DNA of 14,727 nucleotides from a bacterium (GTDB lineage: Bacteria; Arandabacterota; Arandabacteria; Arandabacterales; JALGWA01). Shown here one piece after another: positions 1 through 7,437 of this stretch (position 1 is the first letter of the stretch; each line of letters starts with the position of its first letter). Where the stretch lies: the NCBI GenBank assembly GCA_050125095.1, contig JASFEA010000081.1, positions 1 through 14,727 of the forward strand, written 5' to 3'. A program made the position numbers and the translations under genes. The notes under the pieces are model-generated. The model was given only the letters and a program-made list of their open reading frames with translations. It had not been told where the DNA came from and did no database searches.

Positions 1-140
1 GCCGCGGCGCTCGCTGAGGCCTTCGAGGCCGTCCCGCGGTTCGGCTGCTCAGATTGTACTTGCACTTCCCACCTGTTCCGGGTACGCACAGAATTGAAAC
101 CGCAATTTACAGAAGAAGACAGATTGCCAGGAGGTAATGC

Positions 141-3011
141 ATGAAACCCGCCGCCCCTGTCGCAGCTGCCGCGATTACTATACTGCTCATGATCCCGCTG
201 ACGGCCCCGCCGCCCTCGCTTGCCCTCAAGGCCGAGCAATACGAAGCCTTCGACGAGGCCATACGCGGGGCCTTGCTCAACATGGGCATGACGCCCGCCG
301 ACATGCGAATAAGGCATGACTACGCCGAGCCCGACAAGTTCCGGCTCGCTATAGTCGACTCCCTCATGCACAACCCCGCGAGCCTGCTTGAGCAGGTCGA
401 CCGGCTCGCTTTGAAAGTCGAGCGCAGCGCGGCGGCGTGCGACCTCTCTTCCATGCTGTGGAGGGCCATGGATATCGAGCCCGCGACAGCGGTCGAGACG
501 GGTGAGGTCCCCAGGGTGAGAAATGTGGCGGGCCGCCTCAGGCATCTGCCTGGGGACACCCGGGTCCACCTGGAAGAATACTTGAGCAGTCTGGGGCGCA
601 TGTCCCGGCTTCTCGAGAGGGCGCGCGGGCCCTTGCGGGACCATGTCGACTTTCTCGAGACGGAGGCCTCGGCGCTGGTGACGCCCAAGGCCGAATACGA
701 AGACCTGGGGCCGTTCGAGCTCCATGACATCGAGGAGATGGAGTCGGCGCTTGCCGACTCAGTTCTCAGCCTGAGCGAGCTCGTCAACCTGCCCGAGCTC
801 GCAGGCATGTGCGCACTCGGCATGAAGTCCGCAGAAGATCTCGCAGCGGGGCTCGGGCCCGCAACGGTGGATATCGGCGACCATGCACGCTACGGCGATA
901 AGTCGGTGTCATTTAACGGTATGGAATGCAGCGTAACCGGGAAGGTAGCCTACTTCGGCATGACGGCGTACGGTCCGATCGTAGTAGGTGGCCCCTCCGA
1001 CAACACTTACACGGGCTGCTTCGCCCTCATCGCGGACCTGGGCGGCAACGACAGGTACACGCTGCACAGCCACCCCGACGTCAACTTCCGGCTCATAATC
1101 GACTACCATGGCGCGGATATTTACGAGTCACTGGACCAGACCGGCGTCGCCGGCATCAGGTTCGGCACGTCCGTTCTGATTGACCTCGAGGGCGATGACA
1201 CTTACAGAGCCGCCGACATGTCACTGGGCTCGGCAACTTATGGCGGCGCCCTGTTATACGACGTGAGGGGCGACGACATCTACGAGGCGGGAGCATTCTC
1301 CCAGGGCGCGGGTTTCCTGGGCGTCGGCGCCGTCGTGGACGGCGAAGGCAACGACAACTACACCGCCGGCATGCAGTCCCAGGGTTTCGGCTACGTGATG
1401 GGCTCGGGGCTCATACTCGATAAGACCGGCAACGACACCTACTACACCAGGATGTCGCAGAAAGACATATTGCGCTATGAGGACCACTACCTCACCCTTT
1501 CCCAGGGCTGCGCCTTCGGGGCCAGGCCCGACTACTCAGGCGGCATCGGGCTTCTCATCGACCTCAGGGGGAACGACCTCTACTACAGCGACATATTCGG
1601 CCAGGGCGTCGGCTACTGGTTCTGCGTGGGCGGCCTCATCGACAGGCAAGGGCATGATTATTACTGTTCATACCAGTACGCCCAGGGTGCCGGCGTTCAC
1701 CTGGCATTCGGGCTCCTCGTCGACGAACAGGGAAACGACTTCTACCAGAGCAAGGGCGTATCCCAGGGCTGCGGGCACGACCTCTCGCTCGGGCTCCTGG
1801 CGGATTTCTCCGGCAACGACTGCTTCACAGTCACCGACCTCAGCCAGGGCGCCGGCAATGCCAACGGCACCGGCATCATCTTCGACGCGGACGGCGTGGA
1901 CTCATACTCCTCCAAGAACAGGACCAATGTCAGCGGCTACGGCAATTTCCGCCGGGAGTTCGGCAGCATCGGCCTGCAACTCGACCTCGTGGGCCGGGAC
2001 TACTACTCGGCCCGGGGGCGGAACGACGCCCTGTGGGAAAGCGGCCAGTACGGCCTCGGGATGGACATACCCGGCGAGGCCGCCAGGGCAGATGGCGATA
2101 TCCTCATCGACGAGTCAGGCCTCATCGAACGGGATTACACCCCCCCGGAGCTCTTCATCCTGGCCTCCAGGGGGGAGCCGCGCTTCAGACAGTGGCACGA
2201 ATACGGCTTCGAAGCCATGGTTGAAGACACGGCCTCGACAATCGAATATCTCCGCACCGTGCTTGACACCAAAGTGGCAAGGGAGCGGCACACCATAAAG
2301 GATATACTGCGAGCGATCGGCAGCCCTTCGGTTGGCATGCTGTCGGCATCGGTGCTCGAAGACAACGACCTCGCCAAATCCGAGGCGAGCTGGATACTCG
2401 GTCTCATAGGCGACGCCGGGGCCTTCGACGCGCTCATACATCTCTCGCGCGCGCCCGGCTGGAAGCAGAGGTCGAGCGCGCTCAACGCTCTCGCCAAACT
2501 CAGGGACCTCTCGGCCGCGCAGAGGGACGCCCTGGAAGCGCGCGCAAAGCAAGTCCTGGATGACCCGGATGAGGTCTTCTATGTCAAGAAGGACGCGGCT
2601 TACGCTGCCGGGAGGCAGGAATTGACAGGCGCACTCCCCCGGCTCATGGAGGCGCTGGAGAGCGACCATTACTCGGTGCGCTACGCATCGGCCGAGGCCA
2701 TGCGCGGCCTCTCCCTGGAACACGGGGACGAAGTCTACCGCGGTCTGCGCGGGAGAATAGGCGGCTTTTCGAGCCTGGCCACGGTGGGCGCGCTATACGC
2801 CGCGGGCGCCCTCACCGACAAGCAGAAGCTGGCCATAATAGACGAGGTGCTGGACGGCGGGTATTCAGGTGATGCTCATGTGGCGGTGGCGGCCGCCAGG
2901 CTCCTCGCCACTGTCGGTGAGGGCCGAAACCGCGAGAGGCGCGAGACGAGACTCCTTGCCGCAGTCCCGGAAGAGTCCTGGCAGGTCCGGGCTATGCTCG
3001 AGGGCGAGTAG
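141..3011 (+). CDS. Secreted multi-domain protein: Sec signal peptide, acidic helical N-domain, ~13 tandem ~26-aa Gly-rich repeats (beta-solenoid-like), and C-terminal HEAT/PBS-lyase-type repeats. Function unknown.
   Basis: Longest ORF in the window, with AGGAGG 5 nt upstream of the ATG at 141. The N-terminus MKPAAPVAAAAITILLMIPLTAPPPSLALKA is a Sec-type signal peptide. Residues ~285-640 carry periodic motifs SDNTY, GGNDRY, HGADIY, EGDDTY, RGDDIY, EGNDNY, TGNDTY, RGNDLY, QGHDYY, QGNDFY, SGNDCF, DGVDSY and GRDYY, each preceded by an SQGxGxxxGxGLLxD-type segment. Residues ~740-940 show paired-helix repeats such as ALIHLSRAPGWKQRSSALNALAKL and LMEALESDHYSVRYASAEAMRGL, typical of HEAT/PBS-lyase repeats. 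No catalytic motif recognised. Confidence 0.8.
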   Translation: MKPAAPVAAAAITILLMIPLTAPPPSLALKAEQYEAFDEAIRGALLNMGMTPADMRIRHDYAEPDKFRLAIVDSLMHNPASLLEQVDRLALKVERSAAACDLSSMLWRAMDIEPATAVETGEVPRVRNVAGRLRHLPGDTRVHLEEYLSSLGRMSRLLERARGPLRDHVDFLETEASALVTPKAEYEDLGPFELHDIEEMESALADSVLSLSELVNLPELAGMCALGMKSAEDLAAGLGPATVDIGDHARYGDKSVSFNGMECSVTGKVAYFGMTAYGPIVVGGPSDNTYTGCFALIADLGGNDRYTLHSHPDVNFRLIIDYHGADIYESLDQTGVAGIRFGTSVLIDLEGDDTYRAADMSLGSATYGGALLYDVRGDDIYEAGAFSQGAGFLGVGAVVDGEGNDNYTAGMQSQGFGYVMGSGLILDKTGNDTYYTRMSQKDILRYEDHYLTLSQGCAFGARPDYSGGIGLLIDLRGNDLYYSDIFGQGVGYWFCVGGLIDRQGHDYYCSYQYAQGAGVHLAFGLLVDEQGNDFYQSKGVSQGCGHDLSLGLLADFSGNDCFTVTDLSQGAGNANGTGIIFDADGVDSYSSKNRTNVSGYGNFRREFGSIGLQLDLVGRDYYSARGRNDALWESGQYGLGMDIPGEAARADGDILIDESGLIERDYTPPELFILASRGEPRFRQWHEYGFEAMVEDTASTIEYLRTVLDTKVARERHTIKDILRAIGSPSVGMLSASVLEDNDLAKSEASWILGLIGDAGAFDALIHLSRAPGWKQRSSALNALAKLRDLSAAQRDALEARAKQVLDDPDEVFYVKKDAAYAAGRQELTGALPRLMEALESDHYSVRYASAEAMRGLSLEHGDEVYRGLRGRIGGFSSLATVGALYAAGALTDKQKLAIIDEVLDGGYSGDAHVAVAAARLLATVGEGRNRERRETRLLAAVPEESWQVRAMLEGE
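940..2120 (+). repeat. Protein-level tandem repeat array inside the 141..3011 CDS: ~13 units of ~26 aa (~78 nt), consensus ...SQG-x-G-x3-G-x-G-L-L-x-D-x2-G-[ND]-D-x-Y.
   Basis: Counted directly in the translation. Spacing between successive G[ND]DxY motifs is 26-27 residues, with one unit carrying an insertion. The units are divergent at nucleotide level, so they are ancient rather than recently duplicated. Confidence 0.6.
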
Positions 3012-3041
3012 CGGGAACTTAACGGATTTCCGCAGAAGGTC

Positions 3042-3584
3042 CTAGCCCCGCGCACGCAGCGCCTCGCCCAGGGCCTCATGATAGACGTCCAGGTCGTCAG
3101 CCCCGAAGAGCACGAAAATGACCTTATCCAGGCTGGTCGCATCGCCAAAGTGATCGAGAACCGCGTCCACGGCGACGCGGGATGCCTTCTCTATGGGGTA
3201 CCCGTAAACGCCCGTGCTGATCGACGGAAAGGCGATGGTCTTGAAGCCGCGATCCACAGCAAGCGCGAGGCTCTTGTCATAGGCGCTTCTCAGCAGCCCC
3301 TCTTCCCCCTTATCTCCCCCCCGCCAGACCGGTCCAACGGTGTGAATCACATAGGCCGCCGGGAGATTGCCGGCTGTCGTGATCACCGCCTCGCCCGTGG
3401 GGCATCGGCCGATCTTACGGCATTCCGCCATTATGGCCGGCCCGCCGGCCCGGTGTATGGCCCCGTCCACCCCGCCCCCGCCCCTGAGGCCCTCATTGGC
3501 GGCATTGACTACGGCATCCGCTATCACCCGGGTGATGTCGCCGTTGAAGAGCTCTATGAACCTGCCGTTGTATTCGAAGTCCAT
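3042..3584 (-). CDS. Macro-domain protein (Appr-1-p processing / O-acetyl-ADP-ribose deacetylase, YmdB-like)
   Basis: The motif NGDITRVIADAVVNAANEGLRGGGGVDGAIHRAGG is the macro-domain ADP-ribose-binding signature, followed by VITTAGNLPAAYVIHTVGPVW. GGAGG sits 8 nt upstream of the ATG at 3584. The ORF stays open to another ATG at 3614 that has no Shine-Dalgarno, so 3584 is the preferred start. Confidence 0.85.
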   Translation of the reverse strand: MDFEYNGRFIELFNGDITRVIADAVVNAANEGLRGGGGVDGAIHRAGGPAIMAECRKIGRCPTGEAVITTAGNLPAAYVIHTVGPVWRGGDKGEEGLLRSAYDKSLALAVDRGFKTIAFPSISTGVYGYPIEKASRVAVDAVLDHFGDATSLDKVIFVLFGADDLDVYHEALGEALRARG

Positions 3585-3634
3585 TTCATCTACCTCCCCC
3601 CCGCACAATATCATTTTCCCGAACCGTTTTCAGC

Positions 3635-3663
3635 TTGACATTGATCTAAACTAATACTAATAT
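3635..3663 (+). promoter_or_regulatory. Sigma70-type promoter, TTGACA(3635-3640)-17 nt-TAATAT(3658-3663), driving the rrf2-ferredoxin-cooS operon
   Basis: Perfect -35 hexamer, optimal 17-nt spacer, and a 5/6 -10 hexamer (TAATAT) ~20 nt upstream of the AGGAGA RBS and the ATG at 3683. The surrounding region is AT-rich in a GC-rich genome. Confidence 0.5.
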
Positions 3664-3676
3664 AGTATCAGTTTAG
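3646..3676 (+). promoter_or_regulatory. Imperfect palindrome CTAAACTAATACT-aatat-AGTATCAGTTTAG (13-5-13, 12/13 arms pair) overlapping the -10 box; candidate Rrf2 autoregulatory operator
   Basis: The inverted repeat is read directly from the sequence. Rrf2 regulators (IscR, NsrR) bind AT-rich palindromes overlapping their own promoters. Its position between the -35 box and the RBS fits a repressor site. Confidence 0.4.
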
Positions 3677-3682
3677 GAGACT

Positions 3683-4099
3683 ATGATGAAACTGCTGACC
3701 AAAGACACGGATTACGCGGTGAGGGCCATCGTCCATCTCGCCCGCAACCCCGACGGCTACCAGTCCTCGCGCGAAATTGCAAAGGCCGAGGGCATACCTC
3801 TTCAGTTCCTGAGGGCCATACTCCAGAGGCTTACAAAAGAGGGCCTGATCGTCTCGCGCGAGGGAGTCAGGGGCGGCGTTAAACTCAAGGCCAGGCCCCG
3901 CGACGTGCGGGTGAGCGACATCATAAGGATTTTCCAGGGCGATATAGAGCTCTCCGAGTGCATGTTCAGGAAAAAACTCTGCTCCAACCGGTCCACCTGT
4001 GTTCTGAGAGCGAGAATAAAGTCAATCGAAGAGATGGTGAACAGGGAATTCGAGAAGGTGACGATTGCGAAATTGATAGACGACCTGGGAGGAAAATAA
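3683..4099 (+). CDS. Rrf2-family transcriptional regulator (IscR/NsrR-like, probable Fe-S cluster sensor)
   Basis: The N-terminal wHTH signature MKLLTKDTDYAVRAIVHLA and SSREIAKAEGIPLQFLRAILQRLTKEGLIVSREGVRGG match Rrf2. Three Cys at C93, C100 and C106 (C-x6-C-x5-C) sit where IscR and NsrR ligate their Fe-S cluster. RBS AGGAGA precedes the start, and the stop overlaps the next start (TAATG). Confidence 0.85.
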   Translation: MMKLLTKDTDYAVRAIVHLARNPDGYQSSREIAKAEGIPLQFLRAILQRLTKEGLIVSREGVRGGVKLKARPRDVRVSDIIRIFQGDIELSECMFRKKLCSNRSTCVLRARIKSIEEMVNREFEKVTIAKLIDDLGGK

Positions 4100-4938
4100 T
4101 GAAAAGAGACATGATACATATCGACGACGAGAAATGCGACGGGTGCGGGGCCTGCATACCCAATTGCCCGGAAGGCGCGATCCAGATTATCGACGGCAAG
4201 GCCCGGCTCGTCGGGGAGGCGCTTTGTGACGGGCTCGGCGCATGCGTCGGATTCTGCCCGCGGGGGGCAATGACCGTGGAGACGCGCGAGGCCGAGGCCT
4301 ATGACGAGCGCAAGGTGATGGCCAACATAGTGAAGCAGGGCATAAACGTGGTCGCGGCGCATCTCAGGCACCTTGACGACCACGGCCTGGTTTCATACCT
4401 GAATGAGGGTCTCGAGTATCTCAAGCAACACGGCATCGAGATTCCGGACTACAAGCGGCCTCCGAGGGGAGCGGGGGTCTCCCCCTGCAGTTGCGAGGGG
4501 TGGAAACCGCCCGAGCGGGAGGGCGCCTCAGCGACGTCCCGTACAGGCTCGCTCGCGTCCGAACTGAGGCAATGGCCGGTGCAGCTCAAGTTGCTCCCGA
4601 CCAGCGCACCCTATTTCCGGAACGCTGATCTTCTCATCGCCGCCGATTGCGTGCCGTTCGCGCATGGCGGCTTCCACGGCGACCTTCTTAAGGACAAGGC
4701 CGTAATCATGTTCTGCCCCAAGCTCGACCAGGGCATCGAGGATTACATAGAGAAGCTCGCCCGCATATTCGCGGAAAACGACATCAGGTCCATAACGATC
4801 GCGCATATGGAGGTGCCGTGCTGCTTCGGCACCAATCGCGTCATCGAGCAGGCGCTCAAGATGTCGGGTAAGAACATCCCGGTTGAGACGAAGGTCATTT
4901 CTATTCAGGGAAAGGTCCTTGAGACCCGGTCCTGTTAA
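4099..4938 (+). CDS. Iron-sulfur protein: N-terminal 2x[4Fe-4S] ferredoxin domain plus a ~170-aa Cys-rich C-terminal domain of unassigned family; likely electron-transfer partner of the downstream CooS-like enzyme
   Basis: Start ATG at 4099 with GGAGG 6 nt upstream, overlapping the rrf2 stop. The 5' ORF extension back to 3958 overlaps rrf2 and is rejected. CDGCGACIPNCPEGAI and CDGLGACVGFCPRGAM are two CxxCxxCxxxCP ferredoxin motifs. The C-terminal domain carries conserved-looking Cys at SPCSCEGW, AADCVPF, MFCPKLD and VPCCFG. Confidence 0.75.
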   Translation: MKRDMIHIDDEKCDGCGACIPNCPEGAIQIIDGKARLVGEALCDGLGACVGFCPRGAMTVETREAEAYDERKVMANIVKQGINVVAAHLRHLDDHGLVSYLNEGLEYLKQHGIEIPDYKRPPRGAGVSPCSCEGWKPPEREGASATSRTGSLASELRQWPVQLKLLPTSAPYFRNADLLIAADCVPFAHGGFHGDLLKDKAVIMFCPKLDQGIEDYIEKLARIFAENDIRSITIAHMEVPCCFGTNRVIEQALKMSGKNIPVETKVISIQGKVLETRSC

Positions 4939-4977
4939 GAGGTCAATCCGCGAAGGCGCGGGAAAAGGAGGCTCACA

Positions 4978-6912
4978 ATGGAAGGCCAGAGGATATCTCA
5001 TCACGAGTCCGTAAAGAAGGCTTATGAGAGAATCAAGAATGACGGCATGAACAACATCTGGGACCGATACGAGGCGCAGGGGATGGGCGGCAACCCCGAC
5101 CAGAGATGCGCGTTCTGCCTGGCGGGCACGCGCTGCGACCTCTGCTCCAACGGTCCCTGCCGGGCCGACGCAGCCAAGGACAAGCGGGGCGTCTGCGGCA
5201 TAAAGGCGGACGGCATGGCCATGCGAATGATGCTGCTCCGAAATGTCATGGGGGCGTCTACGTACCAGTACCACTGCGACCAGACCGTGAAGACGCTGCG
5301 CCTGACGGCATTGGGCGCGACGGACTACCGGATCCGTGAGCCCGAAAAACTCAAGACATTCGCCAAACGCCTCGGCGTGGACACCTCCGGATCGACAGAG
5401 GATACGGCCATCCGGCTCTGCGACTTCGTGCAGAGCGACTTCAATCGCAGCTACCAGGAGCCCAGCAAGGTGGTGGAGGCGCTGGCCCCAGAGGAGCGCA
5501 AGATACTCTGGAATGAGCTCGGCATATTCCCCGGCGGCATACATGGCGAGATAATGTTCTCGACGAGCTCATGTCTCACCAATGTTGACGGCTACTACCT
5601 GAGCCTGGCCCTCAAGGCGATGCGGCTCGGCGTCGCCATGGCCTACCAGAGCCAGATCGTGAACGAATACCTGCAGGACGTCCTCTTCGGCATTCCGCGG
5701 CCGCACAAGGTCAGAGTGGACCTCGGCGTGCTCGACCCGGAATACGTCAACATCCTCCCCAACGGCCACGAGCCCTTCCTCGGCTTCGCGATGGTTGAGC
5801 TCGCGCGGCAAGAGGAGTGGCAGGAAAAGGCGAAGGCTGCCGGCGCCAGGGGGATGAGGATAATAGCCAATATCGAGACAGGCCAGGAGATGATACAGCG
5901 CTGGGAGATGGACGATGTCTTCTACGGCTTCACAGGCAACTGGATAATGCAGGAAGCGGTGCTGGCCAGCGGCTGCGTCGACCTCTTCGCAGCGGACATG
6001 AACTGCTCGATGCCCGTTGATCCAGAGTATGCCGAAAAGTACAAGTTCAAGCTCATACCGGTGAGCGAGCTGGTCGCCTTCGAGGGTGTTACGGATAGGA
6101 TAAACTACATTCCTGAAAAGGCGAAGGAACAGGCGGGGATGCTCCTCGACATGGCCATCGCGAATTTCAAGGAGCGCAAGGGCCGCGTCGAGCCCATTAC
6201 CGGGCTCAGAATGCATGAAGCCATCGCCGGCTTCTCCACCGAGAGCATACTCGAGGTCCTGGGCGGAACGCTTGATCCGCTTCTTGACGCGATCAAGGCC
6301 GGCTCGCTGCGCGGCGTGGTCGGCCTCGTCTCATGCACGTCCCTGAGAGACAACGGCCAGGATGTGCATACGGTCAGGCTGGCCGGGGAACTCATCAAGC
6401 GGGATATCCTGGTGCTGTCGCTGGGCTGCGGAAATGCCGCGCTGCAAGTCGCGGGGCTCTGCAGCCCGGAGGCGAAGGAACAGGCGGGGCCCGGGCTCAA
6501 GGCCGTATGTGAGGCCCTGGGGGCCCCTCCCGTGCTGAGCTACGGCACATGCACCGACACCGGGCGGCTGGCCGACCTGCTTGCGGCCATATCCGGTGCC
6601 CTGGGCGGCGTCCCGATCAAAGACCTGCCGGTGGCCGCGGCGGCGCCCGAGTACATGGAGCAGAAGGCGACCATCGACGCGATCTTCGCCCTGGCACTGG
6701 GCCTTTACACCTATGTCAACCCAGTGCCCACGGTAACCGGCGCGCCCGACCTGGTCGGCCTCCTCACCGAAGGCTGCAAGGAGGTGACGGGCGGCGTACT
6801 CGATGTCGAGCAGGACGCGGTGAAGGCCGCCGACAACATCCTTGCGCATATCGAGAGCAACCGCGCCAAACTCGGGCTGGACGGCGCGAAGGCGGCCCAG
6901 AGCGCGGATTAA
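4978..6912 (+). CDS. cooS: Anaerobic Ni-CO dehydrogenase catalytic subunit family (CooS / hybrid-cluster-protein superfamily), divergent member
   Basis: AAGGAGG sits 6 nt upstream of the ATG. Strings characteristic of CooS by eye: NIWDRYEA, GVCGI, NGHEP, AGFSTE, GLKAV, LGCGNAA and SYGTCTD. N-terminal Cys pattern is C44-x2-C47-x5-C53-x2-C56-x4-C61-x11-C73, consistent with a CxxC D-cluster type plus B-cluster ligands. C-cluster ligand positions are present (H264, C343, C453, C484, C525), except that the canonical Cys after the His reads I299-E300. Confidence 0.8.
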   Translation: MEGQRISHHESVKKAYERIKNDGMNNIWDRYEAQGMGGNPDQRCAFCLAGTRCDLCSNGPCRADAAKDKRGVCGIKADGMAMRMMLLRNVMGASTYQYHCDQTVKTLRLTALGATDYRIREPEKLKTFAKRLGVDTSGSTEDTAIRLCDFVQSDFNRSYQEPSKVVEALAPEERKILWNELGIFPGGIHGEIMFSTSSCLTNVDGYYLSLALKAMRLGVAMAYQSQIVNEYLQDVLFGIPRPHKVRVDLGVLDPEYVNILPNGHEPFLGFAMVELARQEEWQEKAKAAGARGMRIIANIETGQEMIQRWEMDDVFYGFTGNWIMQEAVLASGCVDLFAADMNCSMPVDPEYAEKYKFKLIPVSELVAFEGVTDRINYIPEKAKEQAGMLLDMAIANFKERKGRVEPITGLRMHEAIAGFSTESILEVLGGTLDPLLDAIKAGSLRGVVGLVSCTSLRDNGQDVHTVRLAGELIKRDILVLSLGCGNAALQVAGLCSPEAKEQAGPGLKAVCEALGAPPVLSYGTCTDTGRLADLLAAISGALGGVPIKDLPVAAAAPEYMEQKATIDAIFALALGLYTYVNPVPTVTGAPDLVGLLTEGCKEVTGGVLDVEQDAVKAADNILAHIESNRAKLGLDGAKAAQSAD

Positions 6913-6942
6913 AGACGCCTGACCCTTTGAGCCGATCTGAGC

Positions 6943-6983
6943 GGGGCGGTCCCCCGGGGGCCGCCCCCATACATTTGGTATTG
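6943..6983 (+). terminator. Probable intrinsic terminator after cooS
   Basis: GC hairpin GGGGCGG-t-CCCCC/GGGGG-CCGCCCC at 6943-6967, 30 nt after the stop, followed by CATACATTTGGTATTG. The T-tract is imperfect. Confidence 0.45.
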
Positions 6984-7030
6984 TCTCGGCGCACTTATTG
7001 TGTTACAAATGCCCCTAGCGGAGGTTGTTT

Positions 7031-7333
7031 ATGATCCTGGATGAACTTAAGGGCGAGATAGTCCTCATCAAGCTCAAGAGCCATGAAGAGCTTGAGACCT
7101 TCGGCGTGCCTTCCTCCAGTATTTACGCCAAGGTGATAGAAATCGACGAGCGCGTGGGCGTCTGGGTGGAGAATCCCAAGTGGTCACCAAAGAAGACCGC
7201 CAAGGAAGACGCGGAGCATATGACCCAGATCCTGATCCGGTGGGAATACGTCGTGGGTTTAATGACATTCCCGGACAGAGAGGGATTCAAGGAGGAAGCG
7301 GAAATAAAGCCCATGGGTTTCGTTACCAAGTAA
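7031..7333 (+). CDS. Hypothetical small cytoplasmic protein (100 aa), no recognised domain
   Basis: GGAGG at 7020-7024 sits 6 nt before the ATG at 7031, so the TTG at 7025 from the ORF track is unlikely. No signal peptide. Local GC (~52%) is below the window average. Sequence MILDELKGEIVLIKLKSHEELETFGVPSSSIYAKVIEIDERVGVWVENPKW... Confidence 0.5.
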   Translation: MILDELKGEIVLIKLKSHEELETFGVPSSSIYAKVIEIDERVGVWVENPKWSPKKTAKEDAEHMTQILIRWEYVVGLMTFPDREGFKEEAEIKPMGFVTK

Positions 7334-7437
7334 TCCTATCCGCGTAACCCTCCCGGCGAAACTCTCTCTTTAAGATCCCTGTCGCGGCGAGGTTCCGGGG
7401 CGTTTGCCTCTTTCCTGCAGCCTTTACATGTCTGTCA

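Noticed and set aside
1-144. Frame-1 reading frame open from the window edge to a TGA at 142-144 (…AAALAEAFEAVPRF…), a possible 3' end of an upstream gene overlapping the 141 start as ATGA
   Set aside because: It is only 47 codons and has no recognisable motif. The GC3 bias is high only in the first ~50 nt, and the second half looks like an AT-richer promoter/RBS region. It cannot be supported without the upstream sequence.
1477-2298. 273-aa Ala/Ser/Thr/Pro-rich ORF in another frame inside the large secreted-protein gene, plus the antisense ORFs 2115..2723 and 2135..2497
   Set aside because: These are typical GC-rich alternative-frame artefacts: low-complexity composition, no RBS, and they lie entirely within a well-supported CDS.
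3011-3041. Imperfect hairpin GCGG(G)AA-cttaacgga-TTCCGC between the convergent large gene and macro gene, considered as a bidirectional terminator
   Set aside because: The stem is only 6 bp with a bulge and has no U/T tract on either strand, which is too weak to call.
3958-4098. 5' extension of the ferredoxin ORF back to an ATG at 3958
   Set aside because: It would overlap rrf2 by 140 nt in a different frame. The ATG at 4099 has a GGAGG RBS, overlaps the rrf2 stop (TAATG), and starts the protein right at the ferredoxin domain.
4528-6849. Long antisense ORFs (4528..5544, 5569..6216, 6331..6849 on minus; 6549..7034 on plus) overlapping the ferredoxin and cooS genes
   Set aside because: They are opposite to strongly supported CDSs with recognisable motifs, have no RBS, and their Arg/Ala/Gly-rich composition is characteristic of GC-rich antisense frames.
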